DNA of 64,000 nucleotides, taken from positions 30,518 through 94,517 of the forward strand of contig RBZT01000716.1 of assembly GCA_003693705.1 (NCBI GenBank), written 5' to 3'. Under the pieces are notes generated by a model that worked only from the letters and a program-made list of their open reading frames with translations, was not told where the DNA came from and did no database searches. Shown piece by piece: positions 23,424-36,986 of the stretch (positions within the stretch are counted from its first letter, which is position 1; each line of letters opens with the position of its first letter). The position numbers were made by a program, and so were the translations under genes. The DNA is from Polymyxa betae A26-41. Taxonomy: Eukaryota; Protista; Endomyxa: Phytomyxea.

Positions 23424-25829
23424 TTAATCAATACATATTTATAATACAATAATGTAAAGTATATTCACTGTACGCCTCCCCCCATCTCATGGTCGGTCAT
23501 GCTGTCCCTTCTGGGCAGCCAAACGGGATGTTATAATACTTTGCCTATATTAGATCTGATAGCCTTAGTAACATGAGCAAACGTCTTCACAATGTGAAAA
23601 TAGTTCTTATTTGTTGCTTCAGCTAAATGTAACGTAATGTTTCTTGCAAAATCCAGAGCGCAGTTTGATAATCGCGTAAACCTCGCTTGTTTTGGTTATC
23701 AAGTGTGAGAGAGGTCAGGTGAAATGTCTGATACGGTAGATGGTGGTAGTCTGAGCTCGGTAAGACGGAGATTGCCTTCTGGCATCTTATCATCCATCTA
23801 ATAGAGAATTCGTTCAGAATCTGATTCGGTTACTATTTTGTCATGCAGGTAAACCTGCTCGATCTCCTAAATGTATCATATCATTATATTTACTTTTATG
23901 TATTAAACACTACTACATATATTTACAATTCCATTCGCACAATCGATTCGAAACCTTTTCTATGTTTTTCAGTTTGTTTTTAAGTCCCTATGCTGTATTA
24001 ACTTAACGAATGGTTTGTTGAGAATCTAATCCGGTATCGTCAGTGGGTGCTCATGTTGACGTACTGGCCGCCGAATACTTTCGATGCGTTATTCGAGGTA
24101 TAATTGTGGTTTGTCCAGATCCATACACTGGTTAGATTGAGATTGATCAGAATTGGTGATACGCTCTATTGAATGTGATGAACATGAACTTGTTGATGTC
24201 GAGGCTATTGAGCAGATCGTCGCACTGGCTCTGCTGCATTTCACGTGAACGAGTCTCCCCTCACTAACTGGTCCTGTCTAGACTGGGGTATATGTCGATT
24301 ATGTGCAGCTCTAAAAACCCTAAACCCTAGTCTTTCAAGACCCTGTGCAGCATCATGGAACTTCTATAAATATTATCAAAACGGCTAAGAAAAAACCTTA
24401 CAAAAGCGAGGGTTTCGTCAATTTAACCTGTAGAATTGATGAACTATATATGTATGGTACTGCAATGAGTTACAGCTCAACATACTGAGGGATGTAGTAT
24501 TTGTATGTCAATGAAGGAGTTTAGACAAGTTACGTTACAGCTTGCATAATTACAGGTAAGGTTTTATGAAAATCGTGATGACATTACGTACATGTTGAGC
24601 ACACGTGATTTCGTATCTATAGCTTAAGCACAGACTACAAGATCAACAAGACCTCATTGGATGAGGTCTCATCCCCAGTGGAGACGCCACGTCAGCAAGA
24701 CTGCCACGGCGTCCGAGTTAAGGAACGATTCCAGAAATACGTGTTGGAATGAAAATTAGGTTTTTAGGGTTTGATCGGAAGGTGGCTCAGGATCGATCCC
24801 GCAGTCCGACGAGTCAAGACTGTCCTTTCCGGTCCCAATCGGACCTGAATAAATGGAAATAAATGGACCCAATTAATTTCCGATATATCGACTACATCTC
24901 CTTTATTAGAATTCTTACAATCCGCACGACTTTCCAACAATACGACCGGGAATAAAACACTCTCAATTCTCTCATTCAAACAGCGTGTGTCTCGTTCGCT
25001 CTCCCTCAATCCAACATTAATGGATAGAAAAATTACATTTTTTTCAAAGTGCTGGAGAATTTTGTTTGTTGGCTTAGAAAATTTCTGTGTTTTTTTCAGT
25101 TCAGCAAAGAAGTCTGCTTTTGCCTCCATGCCTTCCGCAGCTCCACAGGCCATACAAACTGAGTTGGCAGAAGAAGTCCTCCACATTTAATTTTTAAGTG
25201 GAAGGTGTGGTTTGTTTAACACATTGTATTAGTAATAATAATGCAAAGTAAATAATCGTCATGAAAGTCCGAAGGGGCAGAATGGCAAAGGTTGATGAGT
25301 CATCATATGATTGAGTTCTGAAACTAAATTTATATGGATTTATAAATTTATAATTTATAAAATGGGTCAAACTGTTGAAGTCGCGGGAACTACCAGCCCG
25401 TGGTCGAACGGCATCGTGGATGACTCCCGAAGCGGGCGGAAAACGACGCATCGGCGGCCTCTTGTTGTGTTGGCGACTTGGAAGTTCCGAAGATGATGTT
25501 GGCGACGTCCGCGGTGGTGAGCGAAGCGTTGGCAGTGGCGGCGTCTTCGCGTGATGGGGTAGCGTTAATACAGGGTTGAGTGTAATTGAGTCATTCATGC
25601 GTGAGTCACGACACGCTCTGATTATTAACGATATCCAAGAAAGACGAGTGATTCCGTCGCCTTGTAGACGAACCGCCGGGATGCGATGTTTCTCTTCCAG
25701 GCGGGGTTTAATCGCCGTCGCTATTATGCGATTCTCAGCTTCGAGTACTGCCTCAATTTTATGTGGTAGGAGCAGACCGGCCACACGTACAAGTGGAAAC
25801 TGAATAGCGAAAATAGCCTTTGAGCTATT

Positions 25830-25939
25830 CCGGTGCCGCGGGTGCAGGTGCGGATGCGCCCGATGCAGGGTTTGACGCCGAATCGTGGATCATGTGGACG
25901 GGTGCGGGGGTGCGTCAGGTGCGGGTGTTGCACAACCTA
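25830..25939. mobile_element. Probable hAT-type transposon terminus with GGTGCGG subterminal repeats
   Basis: Cluster of (G)GGTGC(G) repeats ending in TGCACAACCTA (reverse complement TAGGTTGTGCA); partner end not found. Confidence 0.4.
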
Positions 25940-26050
25940 TCGCAATGACAGGGAAAGTTATGTTTCCAGACGATAGAGACGTATTCGCAAAGTGCAAAGG
26001 TGCGTAAATACGGGACATGGAATGCGGTAGGTACAGTGCGAATCATTTTA

Positions 26051-26445
26051 CCGTACCGGAAGTCTTAATCCTCATCTGCGCCCTTACAAAATCGCATATA
26101 TCCCTAAGGCTCCGGGCCCAAGACCCATCGGCCACCAAACTCTCTATAAATCGATAGATCTCATCGTCCTGAGCAAGACTATTGAATTATTTTTCAAAAA
26201 TATTGATTATTTGCAGAGTTTTAGTGAAAAACAATTGTATGAGCTGGCATATTTTTGGCAGCTGTATGGGGGATTGTAGAGAAAACTCACACGCAGTTTT
26301 GAATATCCGAGCGCACTTTTCGAAAGTGATAAAAAAAGTAATTTGCGCAGTCACACCTTCTTAAAAATGATGGTCTTTCGGAAAAATGCGTACGCATTTT
26401 GGAAATCAATTTGGCAGTACATGAGGATTAAGACTTCCGGTACGG
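26051..26445. mobile_element. Tc1/mariner-type MITE (395 bp)
   Basis: Perfect 25-bp TIR ccgtaccggaagtcttaatcctcat (26051-26075; 26421-26445) flanked by TA on both sides. Confidence 0.88.
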
Positions 26446-26608
26446 TAAAGTGACATTTGTTTCAAAATGGTTTGAAAAAAAATCTGAAATTTTGGTGAAA
26501 CGTTTTGCTTTTTTATTCGATTTTCGTTATCTAATTTTTCATAAATGCCGAATGCGCATCTGAAATCGCCGATATGGCTTTTGCATTTCTTTAACAGCAA
26601 ATGTATTT

Positions 26609-26860
26609 TTATTGACGAGATGTCAAATGCTTACCTTCTTTGTCTCTGAGACAATATGCGTCCATATAGCGATAACTTTTTCTGGTAAAACTCCTGATTT
26701 GAGAGATTTCGGCACTTTTCAAAGCCATTGGAACGTTTTGAAGGTCCTCAAAAGAATAAGTGCGATTTCGATGCGTGTAGGGCTTACGCCTTGCAACCCA
26801 GAATATCTCAATAGAAGTTGAATTCGCAATCAAATTTTAGATTGGCCGTTTGTGGGAACA
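26609..26860 (-). pseudogene. Tc1/IS630-like DDE transposase C-terminal remnant
   Basis: KFDCEFN / IEIFW...YT.RN..YSFEDL..VP.AL......IRSF.RKSYRYMDAY resembles the C-terminus of eukaryotic Tc1-like transposases; frameshifted. Confidence 0.7.
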
Positions 26861-27468
26861 GGGCTGCGCCAGAACAGTGCGCAGTCGCCTCAAAATGTGC
26901 GTCAGTGGGACAGATTAAAGTGCGAAGGCAAACTTGGGCTGTTTCATCCCAACGCATCTCCATACAACTTCCAACGGTATTGCAGCCTTCAGTTTTTATT
27001 TTTTCGATTTGTTATTCTGTAATTCTCTTCAACTTATTGAGATCTAGCGATTTACAGACTTAGATTGCCCACTGCGTCATATCTTGGAGCCCTGATACAA
27101 ACCCCCTTGCCTCCTGCCAATCCAATCCATCCTAACGAAAATGTCTCTTTAAGGTGATTCGCACTGTAAATAAGAAAGTAGGGAACTGAGCGGAACGCAG
27201 AAATACAAGTTGCGTGAAAGGACAAGAAGCAGAGGGGAAAGAGAGCGCACACTTTCTTGTAAGCGGGGATCAGCCCACCGCTGCTCGGGTCGCTGCGAGT
27301 TTTAGGCGGACGCCAATACACGTTGCGGTCATCAGAACAGCAGCTCATGATGGCCTGAAAACTGCGTAGCGTGGCCTCCATCAATCGCAATCTCGTTTGA
27401 CTCTCTGGATCTCGTCAGTAAAGAGACTCGGATCTGTTTAGAATCTCTCTCTCTCCAAGACGCTCTTC

Positions 27469-30252
27469 ATGGCGATGGCCATCATGTATGTGCTCGTCCT
27501 GCTGGCCCAACAGCAGCTGACACTCGGTGTACCGCCGGAGACAGCTCCGGAGGATTCCCTCACGAATCCCGTCGTTATCTCGTACACCGGGAGCGATTCA
27601 GGCTCCGATTCGGAGACATCCGAGATGTCCACATCTGAGCAGCAGCAGCCACACCTGTCTGTCAACGATTCGTTTGATGATGAAACGATAGACACTGAGA
27701 ATGTCGTCCATGAGCCGGCCTGGGAAGTATCCCCGGACATTCGCCTATCAATGCTACTGTCTAGAATTGCTGAGATACGTAACATGTCGGTTACGTTTCC
27801 TGCAATTTGATGGTATTCGGTAACGTTTATTCAGGAGAATGGATACCGCGGACGCCGACTCGCTGCTTCACATTACTGAGTGGGCCAGTTTTACAGCCGC
27901 CACTTCAATGATGTTGCCGCTTTCGACGGACTCCGACACGGATCCGGGTTCAACCCTGTTAGAATGGGTGCAGGCCGCAGTCCAGCTGTCGTGCAGGACT
28001 GAACAGGAGGCACGAGCTCTGTCTCTGCACATGATCAAGTACGGGATCAGCGACTTTCTGCCCACCGTGGCGGGCTCCGTGACGGAGGTAGTCGGCCACT
28101 TGTTCCATAAATTGTTGGAGTTCGCCTGGCCTTTTATGATCCGCATCCAACTAGCATCCGTAGCTGACCTCATGACTTCGCAGTCTTTATCATCCCGTAA
28201 TCACTTGAATGAAACTCCGCTGATGGCCGCCTCAAGGTAACTCTCCTTTATAGTTTCCATTCGCTGCTTTATGCCAACGTCATGTTTGCAGCATTTTTGT
28301 TTTACGTTTTTAGTGGATTTCTACTTTGTCTGTTTTATTGTAATGCTTATAACAGGGTGATTCCGTATGCAGAACTTCAACTCTATCAATTGGCAGATCG
28401 GACGCCGATCTCCGAACAGGTGGCGACCATGGGCGCCGTCTTTCAGCACCTTGATAGCGGACGCTGGGTGATCATGTTCCGAAACGTGATTGCGGAACGT
28501 CTGAAGGCGTCTAATTTCGATATGGACGTGTTTCTGGATGAGATCGGACTCCGTGATGACATCGGACGCCAGAGGGCGTCCAATGCAATCCGTATCCATT
28601 ATCTGTTCTATCAACATCGATATGGGTTCCATCATTTTTTAGCCATTTTCATCCCTGAAGCCAAGTTTACGAATTCGAACGGTCTTGAGCTGTATGTGAT
28701 GTTAATGTTACCGAATCTACGTTACCAACTCAGTGTGCTGTAGAACGCAGGATCAAATAATGCCTTATTTTTTTGATTGCTACCAGATGTAAGTGGACAC
28801 GGGGTCGTACCCCCTTGCCTGATGCGGACTGCAATTTGACGGAAACATTTCAGGGGGGATGCCGAACGTGACTGGTTTCAGGACATTCTGACGCGGATTC
28901 GAAATGGGGAGATAACGTCCGCGGATGTTCTGTCCGGACGTCGTATCCCGCAGGAAATCCCTCTACTAACGCCCTTAATTGGTTCATTAGTTGAATCGTA
29001 ACATAATCGCTGCTTTATGCAGTATGAAGTCATTGCTGATATTGAATAGATTAGAGCGTGATCCGATCCCATCTAATCAGTCACATTCCACCTCTCAAAC
29101 CTTATTTATTAAACTGGCTCTCACATATGCTGATGTCCGTATACATGATATTCTCCAGTCTCGCAGTCCGCAGTTCATCTCTCAAGCTGTCTCAGTCATA
29201 TTGACAAACAGGTCCGTCAACCATTTTTCAATGTCGCTCCACCTCGGTTGTGGGTCGTACTGGACTCGCCGTTTCATATCGCTTTCTGTCCCTTTCAAGC
29301 TGAGGCTTTTCTGGTAGGTTTTTTGAAGACCTGAACGTGAATGTGGCGGACGTGTACGACCGGATCCGCAGTCTGGCGCTGGATGCGGGTCCTGGCTGGC
29401 TGCGGATCAATCTACTCCGGATGTGTGTGTATCTAGGCCGTGCGCATTACAAAGATGCGCAGCTGATACAGGCCTGGACTGCGATGTTCACTCGTTCGGA
29501 TGTTCTCGATGTCCGTGAGATCTGGACCGACCTAGGGCGGACTCTGGCGTATTTGCTGGCACAGCCGGACCGCGGACAATTCTCGGACTTGGCGGCCTGT
29601 ACGGTGGCTGCCATGGTCTCGCATCCCTCTGCTCGGACCGATCTCCGGACATACGGAGATATTCCCATGTCCGACACACAGACACTCCTTCGTGATCTCA
29701 TCGACGTACTGCCCCTGGACGCAATTCCCGCCTGTTTCCTGTCCGTGGAGGACGACCCCCATCTTGATGCAGTTTTTCGACTCGAAATTTATCCAGAGCG
29801 ACTCCACACTGTTACCAAACGTCCGTTCACGTTTTCATGGTTTTCCTGTCAATGTTTTAATAAGGATTATGGTGATTGAAGATCTGAACTAAATGCTGGT
29901 TCAGATCTGCTCTTTCAACATGATGATTATATTCGCAGTTTATTTTTAGAACATGTCACTGAACAGGTTCGTGAAGTATAAAGTATCAGGACCGCTCTAA
30001 TCGTATCCGTAGGAGGTACACGCAATCAGTGACGTCTGCGCAATCTGTCTCGAAGACCATTATTCATCGGAGTCCGTCCCGGACAGCACGGAACCGGACG
30101 ATTCCACGAAACGAACCTCGTGCGGACATCATTTTCATGCGGGCTGTCTCATGAAATGGTTCGCCAATAGGGCATTCTGTCCTTTCTGTCGATCTCGTGC
30201 ATTTGATATGGATATTATTGTCTCTCATGTCCGTCGATTAAAACGCTCTTAA
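27469..30252 (+). CDS. Signal-peptide protein with C-terminal RING-H2 (putative secreted E3 ligase A), multi-exon
   Basis: MAMAIMYVLVLLAQQQLTLG signal-like start; helical exons (27839, ~28350, ~28850, 29337); last exon 30013-30252 encodes CAIC...CGHHFHAGC...W....FCPFCR (absent from ORF track). Linking all exons into one gene is inferred. Confidence 0.68.
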
Positions 30253-32466
30253 TACAATATCTGATAGATCCATCTCTTTCTCGATTGTCGCTGTAATGTT
30301 ACGTCACTATCAGCCAGTGGCATTTTATTGTTTCCGACTGGAAATGTAAACTGGTCGGTCTGTGAGAATTCAGTGTAAAACTCCGAAGTACCCTCCCATT
30401 CAATGAGTGGCCATAGCCAACTCCACGAATGGGCGGGTATTGTTTGCAACACAATTTGATCGTGTTGGAATGGACAGCGCTCCGGATATCCATTAAACTA
30501 ACTCGGTTTGATATTTGTGTCTAGAAACAGCTGTACCCTTTTCGTGCAGATTTTCGGAAATGCGATCGGTATGAGTGGAGTATTGGATCGCGCTGTATCA
30601 GCAGGCTGTTTCGCTAATGTTTTGAGGGTAATACTCCCCCTGGATTCGTGAAGTGGTGCGATTCGGGACAACGTGTAGCTCTACTGTTCTTTTGCGAGCG
30701 AATTTGGCAGACTTTAGCGCAATCGTTTACAACTGCATTATCGTATTGCTGTTTATAAGGGAGAGTGGCAGGTTGCTATAGACAAGACAAGGAGCCTGAT
30801 AATAAAAGGATCTGCTGATTGTTCGGACCGTGTACCTCTCTCAAAAGTTGGCTCTGCAGATGGTCGGACACGAATGCTTCAATCCAGTGTCGGAAACTTC
30901 CGACTCAGGGCGTTGTCGTGCAGGCCCCAGTGGAGGAAGCTTCCAGAAAAAGCCGCTCTCAATCTACAGCAGCTGGGATTGCCAAATGTATAGAGTTTCC
31001 ACCTGCATTTTACAATATGATGAAATCTAAAATGCGGGTGATATTACATGAGCTGGAGGAGCGTAAACAAGCTAGGTGTAATCAGCAGGGGTAAAGCTGA
31101 TCGAGTATGGTATGTAGGCTCGGATCCAGGTTGCATTTGACGTGTTCCAACAACCATTTTGTCCGTGATATCACAGGTCCGATCTGTAGTATGATAACAT
31201 CAGCTAAGGGATCTGGAGGCGATGCTTCATCGAGCCTTGAAAGTCACAAAGCTCTCTACAATGCGTCGCTTGGCCCGGAGGTCTTTCCGCTATATCTCAG
31301 CATATGGTTGCGGGAGTGTCCTGACGACCCAACAGATAGAGCATGCATTGAATCAGTAATCGTCGCACAGATCCATTCCACTTTCCATTCTTGAGACTTT
31401 ATAAACCGAAACTCCTCTGAAAAAGCCACGGACTTTTGGAAACTCGCGCTTAAAAACGGTACGGACATGTTTTCTGAGGATATTTGGACTCACTCCAAGG
31501 AAAAGTGAGCCGTAGGGCGTAGAGAGCAAAATAAACCTCAAAATGTTTTGCGTTGTGGCGCAAAAGCATAAGTTCTAAGTAAAAAATGTGACAAAATTGT
31601 GTTCTAAAAAAATGTGACATCAGTTGTGTTCTCGCCGCTAACAATTGCTGTGAACCCTAACCCCAAACCCCTAAGCACTCACTTTGTCTGTCAAAACGAA
31701 TGCAAATCTTGCTGAAATTGTGCCAAATTAATAGCACGACCTTATCATATGGCATATGCGCATAAACCGAATTTCTTCCAACGACGCCAAAAGTTACTCC
31801 AATCTAAATTCATCAGGAGCCCATGGATTTTGCAGGCATGTTTGAAAGCATGCGATAACCAGCGGTTTGTTCGATTATGCAAGTTCAGATAAGCAGAAAA
31901 TGGAAAGGCCAGGAGGGTCCCGCAAGCCGTGAAGCAGAAAGCCCCTCATATGGCTGTGATATTGATTTTTGGTTGCTTTGGAGTCGATTTTGTGCTAACG
32001 ATTATTGTTCCATCGTGCTCATGTGGCGTTATAAAATGCGTGCTTTTATCTTGTTCTCTTCGGTAGTTTAAGACAGGGCCCACCATAATCGCAAGAGGAA
32101 ACGAATATACGGCAGTAGAGTTATTTTCGTTCCGATTTGAGGTTATGTGAACTCGGAAACACGCACCTGATTGCCGAATCTCATGGCCTTTCTCACTAAT
32201 TCTCGACATGACGGGACAGCCGAAAACGGTGATGAGAGCCCTTCTGTATCAACCGAGCCAGTAGCTTACCATCATATTCACGATCAGATAATGTCAGGCT
32301 ATTAATATCACGTGCTTTTGCGTATGTAGCTCCATCACGTATTCGATCTCACTCCCATCATATATTGGATCTCTGGTTTGGGTTAGCACAAATGTAGCCC
32401 AGCGCAGCCTTTCTACGGAATCCGTGATCTCCGAGAGATCGCCATACCTGAAGATTTGTCTTTTCG

Positions 32467-35023
32467 ATGATGCCCAGAAATGTTCTTGTCTTGGTCAGCG
32501 TGTTGGGCGTCGTACTAGCTCTGGACGATAATCAGATCTCGGATAAGCTGTCGGCCTTAGAGCAAGCTGTCACGGACAGGTATCTCGGACTTCCATCTAT
32601 GTCTCTATATATTGGACTGTTTATACATCCTTTACAGGACCCCATCTGGATATAAATTGACTCAGGAGTTGCATCATCAGCTCACCGAACTCGTTACGCA
32701 TTACGCTTCACACACTGACACGCCCTTCGATGCAGACGCAACCCTGAAACTTTACCGGCCGGTCTGTTTTATGTTACGACGCTCCGGGCTGCTGTCCGCC
32801 TCCGATACCGAACGCATCTTTCGCTTGCTGACGTCCGGGTTGGACTTGGATTTACGTTTCGGAGCGCTGCTTCTGACGTTACTACCACCGCCTATGTTAC
32901 GCTCACCATCAGCTGCGTTCCTGTTGCTGACGCTGCTTGATCGGACGTTACCTTCGGATCAGTTCGCAAATCAGATCATATCTGTTACATCACATGTTAC
33001 TCCGGACATGTTACAAGCTCCGTTACATCTCTTCTTCGAACGTATCGTGGCGACCTCCGTTAGCGCGCACGGCACCCTCAACGCATGGTTCGAGGCGGGC
33101 ACGCCACTCCGTAACATCTGGGATGCGTTACTGCAACGTTGTCCGATGATGTTACTTCGCTCGATCTCGGCTCACGCTACACGAACGCTGTCGCCGTTCT
33201 GGTGGTCGCAGTTCTTCTTGCCCGGACTTCGTGATCTATTCATCCGTTCTGTGACCGTACTGATCCGTCTGGAGAGAGATGCGAATGGGACCCGATATAT
33301 GGACACTGTTCGGCAATTTATCGCGCCTCAGGCGGACTCCGATCAATATGCTGCACATGCCATAATGCGTCTGTTCATGTTCATAAACATAGACGCACGT
33401 GTTATGCTCGACTATCTGAGATTGAAAGATTTTGCAACGTTACGAAGGTTAGTTACATGTTGACTGTTTCATAAGCCCGGACTCTTCCTTGTCCTGGATG
33501 AGATTCTCCCAATTCGTTGGTTTGATATTGTTTTGTGTTTAATCTGTCTGATGATATTGTGATACTTTAGGCATACTGGTATGATAGTAGAAGAGCCTAT
33601 TATGCAGAAATTTCATACTCTCTATACATGTCGTATTATATCCATATCTGATATAATTCAATATATTCCTACATCTGATATTCCTCGATTATTTGGGTAC
33701 CTTATCAACACACAACGGTAACATATACACCAGTGGAATAGTTCGTTACAGTTTACGTTATACGCCATGGGCTTTGCACTACTTTTTCAAACTTTCTTGT
33801 CACTTTTTTTAACACTTTCTCAGGAATGGCTCTTTTAACAGGTCGATCAGGTCCGGAGGTCGCTCTGATGTCGGTAACATAATCGGGGAGATCCACGAGT
33901 TGCTGATTCGCCGACCCAAAATTCGTTACCTATCACTTTACAGACGAACTGTCAGCTCTACTGATTGCAATACTTGCTCTATGGACTTTCGTCACATCGC
34001 ACTGACGCTCTCCAATCGGTAACGTTGCTGTCATCACTGTCAGCGTCCCACATCTGAGAAACGTGTCTCATATCGCAATGTAGAATCTGCGAGTCTTCGG
34101 CATATCAGTCTGCATTAGCTACATTTGATAAGCTCAAGGGCGACCAGGCCGACATCGCCATTGAACGGCTCCTTCACATTTCCTCCGTTCACGTTACGGG
34201 CCTTAATCACGATAACGTTACTAGGAACATGTTCGAGATCGCCGTGGCCGCCTTCCCTGCCGCCATTTGCGGCGACGCTTTTGTGCCGATCGTTACTCGC
34301 GTCTTGCAGAGCCCGTTCTGGAATGCGACCGGCAAGCAGCTGGACGTACTGGCTCGGGCCGTCAATCGTTTCGAACGATCTGATGCCTCGTTGTTGCAAA
34401 CTATACTGCAGAATCCGGCGATTGTTTCTGTGCTGGGTGCTGGCACTGTGAACGACAGGGCCACAATCGCTCTCCTGGTTCGGGGCCAGTATCGCCTGCT
34501 GGATGAAATGGAACAAGCCAGGGTTCGTGAAGCGGTCCCTGAAGCTGTCGACGGTCAATGATGTTCCGGTTACCATCATGATATTCACTGATTCTCGAAT
34601 AGTTCTTGAGACCGAATTGCAGCAGCTGAGGATCACACCTGAAAATATCGACCAGGTCAGATCTATACTGCATCGCATTTTCTGAACACTTTCACACTTC
34701 TTTGAGTAACAAAATGTTTCGATTTTTCTAAACCTTTTTAGGTCAGGAAGTTCGCGCAGAAACCGTGCCCGATTTGTCTTGTGCATATGATGTCGTCGGA
34801 TGTAGAATCATTGAAGGTATCGTTGCATAGTTGCTGTCAGACCTTGACCAATGACACCAAACAGGCCGTGATGGAGCTGGAACTTAATCCGATCAGCTCG
34901 CTGGTATCGTGCGTTCATTTCCTTCATTTGGAATGTGCCCAACGTCTAGCTTGCGAGGCTGCCCGCGACCGCAACCTGTCCCGCTGCCCAGAATGTCAAA
35001 CTTTCTCAGTCGTCCTTCTTTGA
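32467..35023 (+). CDS. Signal-peptide protein with C-terminal RING-H2 (putative secreted E3 ligase B), multi-exon
   Basis: MMPRNVLVLVSVLGVVLA signal; Leu-rich helical exons; final exons from 34742 encode KPCPICL...SCVHFLHLEC...RCPEC-stop. Exon linkage inferred. Confidence 0.68.
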
Positions 35024-35337
35024 ACAGTTAATACATGAAAGTCGTCGATTTGCATCCCGGCAGGTATGCTTCACTGTAGACACGGTGGTGGCCTGCGCTT
35101 TTGACCGTTTAAGGGTATCGCCGACGTAATTTAGATGCCCTGATTGGAAAATTTTCAACAACAAGACACCAACACGTTTAATCCGACTAGCCAGGGACTT
35201 AGTTAGTAGTATAGCTTGTTAGAAGAATCGATTACTGAATTCCGCAACAAATGGATCTCAGCAATGGAAATATCTGAGCATCTCCCCGCCGTCACAGACA
35301 TTGTTAATATTGGTTTGAATTGTTTGTAACCGTTATC

Positions 35338-36267
35338 ATGACCGTGAACGTCGCCCAGATCGAAGTGGCCAAGACATCGCCCGCATCCGACATCAGGGCT
35401 GTCAGGAAAGAGAACGCCAAACTGCTAAAGCAGCTTCAGGCTACGCAATCTAAGCTCCAAGCGACAAAAGAACAGTTGGTTCATTCGCGGCAGAGCGAAC
35501 TCCGCCTTCAACAAGATATTGAATGGCTGAAACTCAATTATCAGGTGGCCACCAACAACCGCGACCTTCTCCAGATGACGTTTGCCGAATCCGAGCAGTA
35601 TTGGACCTCACAAATGAATGATATGGGCGCTCGAAATAAGCAGCTCCTGAAGATTATCGAGAACGACAAGAACGATATGGCCGCTATGGGAAAGCGGCTG
35701 AACGAATGTCATCTGAAATGGACCGAGATGGATTCACGAATCCAAAACGAGATTGTGGCATTGACACTCGGTGTCCAAGAACGACTTAGAAAAATGGAGT
35801 TCCGATCGTGTAAGCTCCGAGCTACGCTGAGAGCCCGAACCGAGCTGGAGAAAGGCCAAATCTTTAGGAGCATGATTAAGGCACATTCCGGATATTTGGA
35901 TTTGGCGAAACAGTTCGAAATCAAATCCGCGAGCTTACAGCAGCTGATCGTGACTACCCGAGATGGTATGATAGCAGTGTGTGAAGAACGTGGAGTCGAT
36001 CCATTAACCCAAGGACTGCTTAGCTGCAATATGGCTGGATTCTATGATGAACTGTTAAACAAACGAAATAGCCTGCGAGCCATTCAATTAGGGATGCAAA
36101 AAAAGCAGACCGAGATACAGAAAAAGCTGTATGATCTGCGGAATCAGCTCGGCATCCCTGAAGTGCCAATGAAAGGCATTGCGTTAACAGCCATGACCCA
36201 GGACGAGTATTTCAAGATGGTGAAACGCCGATACAAAGAAGTGTTTCAAGTAGATCTGGCGATATGA
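35338..36267 (+). CDS. Coiled-coil protein, unknown function (start uncertain)
   Basis: 315-aa ORF rich in L/Q/E/K heptads. Confidence 0.7.
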   Translation: MTVNVAQIEVAKTSPASDIRAVRKENAKLLKQLQATQSKLQATKEQLVHSRQSELRLQQDIEWLKLNYQVATNNRDLLQMTFAESEQYWTSQMNDMGARNKQLLKIIENDKNDMAAMGKRLNECHLKWTEMDSRIQNEIVALTLGVQERLRKMEFRSCKLRATLRARTELEKGQIFRSMIKAHSGYLDLAKQFEIKSASLQQLIVTTRDGMIAVCEERGVDPLTQGLLSCNMAGFYDELLNKRNSLRAIQLGMQKKQTEIQKKLYDLRNQLGIPEVPMKGIALTAMTQDEYFKMVKRRYKEVFQVDLAI

Positions 36268-36682
36268 CCTATCATTCCGCACGACCAATTCTATTGAAAA
36301 TTGTCAATACACCATCCAAATTGTTTCAAGATGTAAAACAATTTATCATTGAGTAAAATCCTTCGACCTTGTGGGAGAGCGACAGCTCAATAAGAGCATA
36401 AACGTGTGGATGTCTTGGAAACAGGGCCAGCCTACAAATAATATTCATCGTGGGTTGCTGTCTTTAACGGATCATATCAAAACGCGTACTGAATGTAGGA
36501 AGCTGATGGAAGTATAGGAATAAGGATGCTACAGAAGCTGGTCAAATCAAAACAGTCGCAGATGCACACCGGCAAGTGACAGTTTAGACAAATCAGTCAA
36601 GCCATGGTGGCGACGATGGCAAGATGACAGCCATGCCAAGACTACCTAGGCGGGCTGCTCCCTGTCAGAAGATTCTGCGTCA

Positions 36683-36773
36683 CTTGGCACCACGCTCTAA
36701 AGGGTTGCTCCATGGCATGGTTGACTCTCTCTTGGCACCAGGCTCTAGAGGGTTGCTCCATGACATGGTTGAC
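36683..36773 (+). repeat. Two-copy 48-bp-period tandem repeat
   Basis: cttggcacca(c/g)gctcta(a/g)agggttgctccatg(g/a)catggttgac at 36683 and 36731. Confidence 0.9.
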
Positions 36774-36986
36774 AGAACAGGGGACTGCTTCCTGACAGAA
36801 GAACGATGAATATCAGAAGTTGCGCCACTGCAGCAGCAGTCATCGCATTCTGCTTAACAGCTTAAGTTCGAGGTCATGCCGGCAACCGGTGTCCGACACG
36901 GATTTGCAAGGCGGTGATGAATTAATGTCGTGCGCCCCTCTATCATCATTCATTTCCTATTTCGTCTTGTTCTGCTCACATCGAAT

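Noticed and set aside
24764-25784. 140-aa and 196-aa minus-strand ORFs
   Set aside because: No ATG-initiated protein-like signature or domain; lies among transposon remnants
30800-31680. Fragmentary ORFs plus a short aaaaaatgtgaca...ttgtgttct duplication
   Set aside because: Too degenerate to assign; two-copy repeat without TIR/TSD evidence
36683-36773. Direct repeats considered as CRISPR-like
   Set aside because: Two adjacent copies without unique spacers, eukaryotic context, no cas genes
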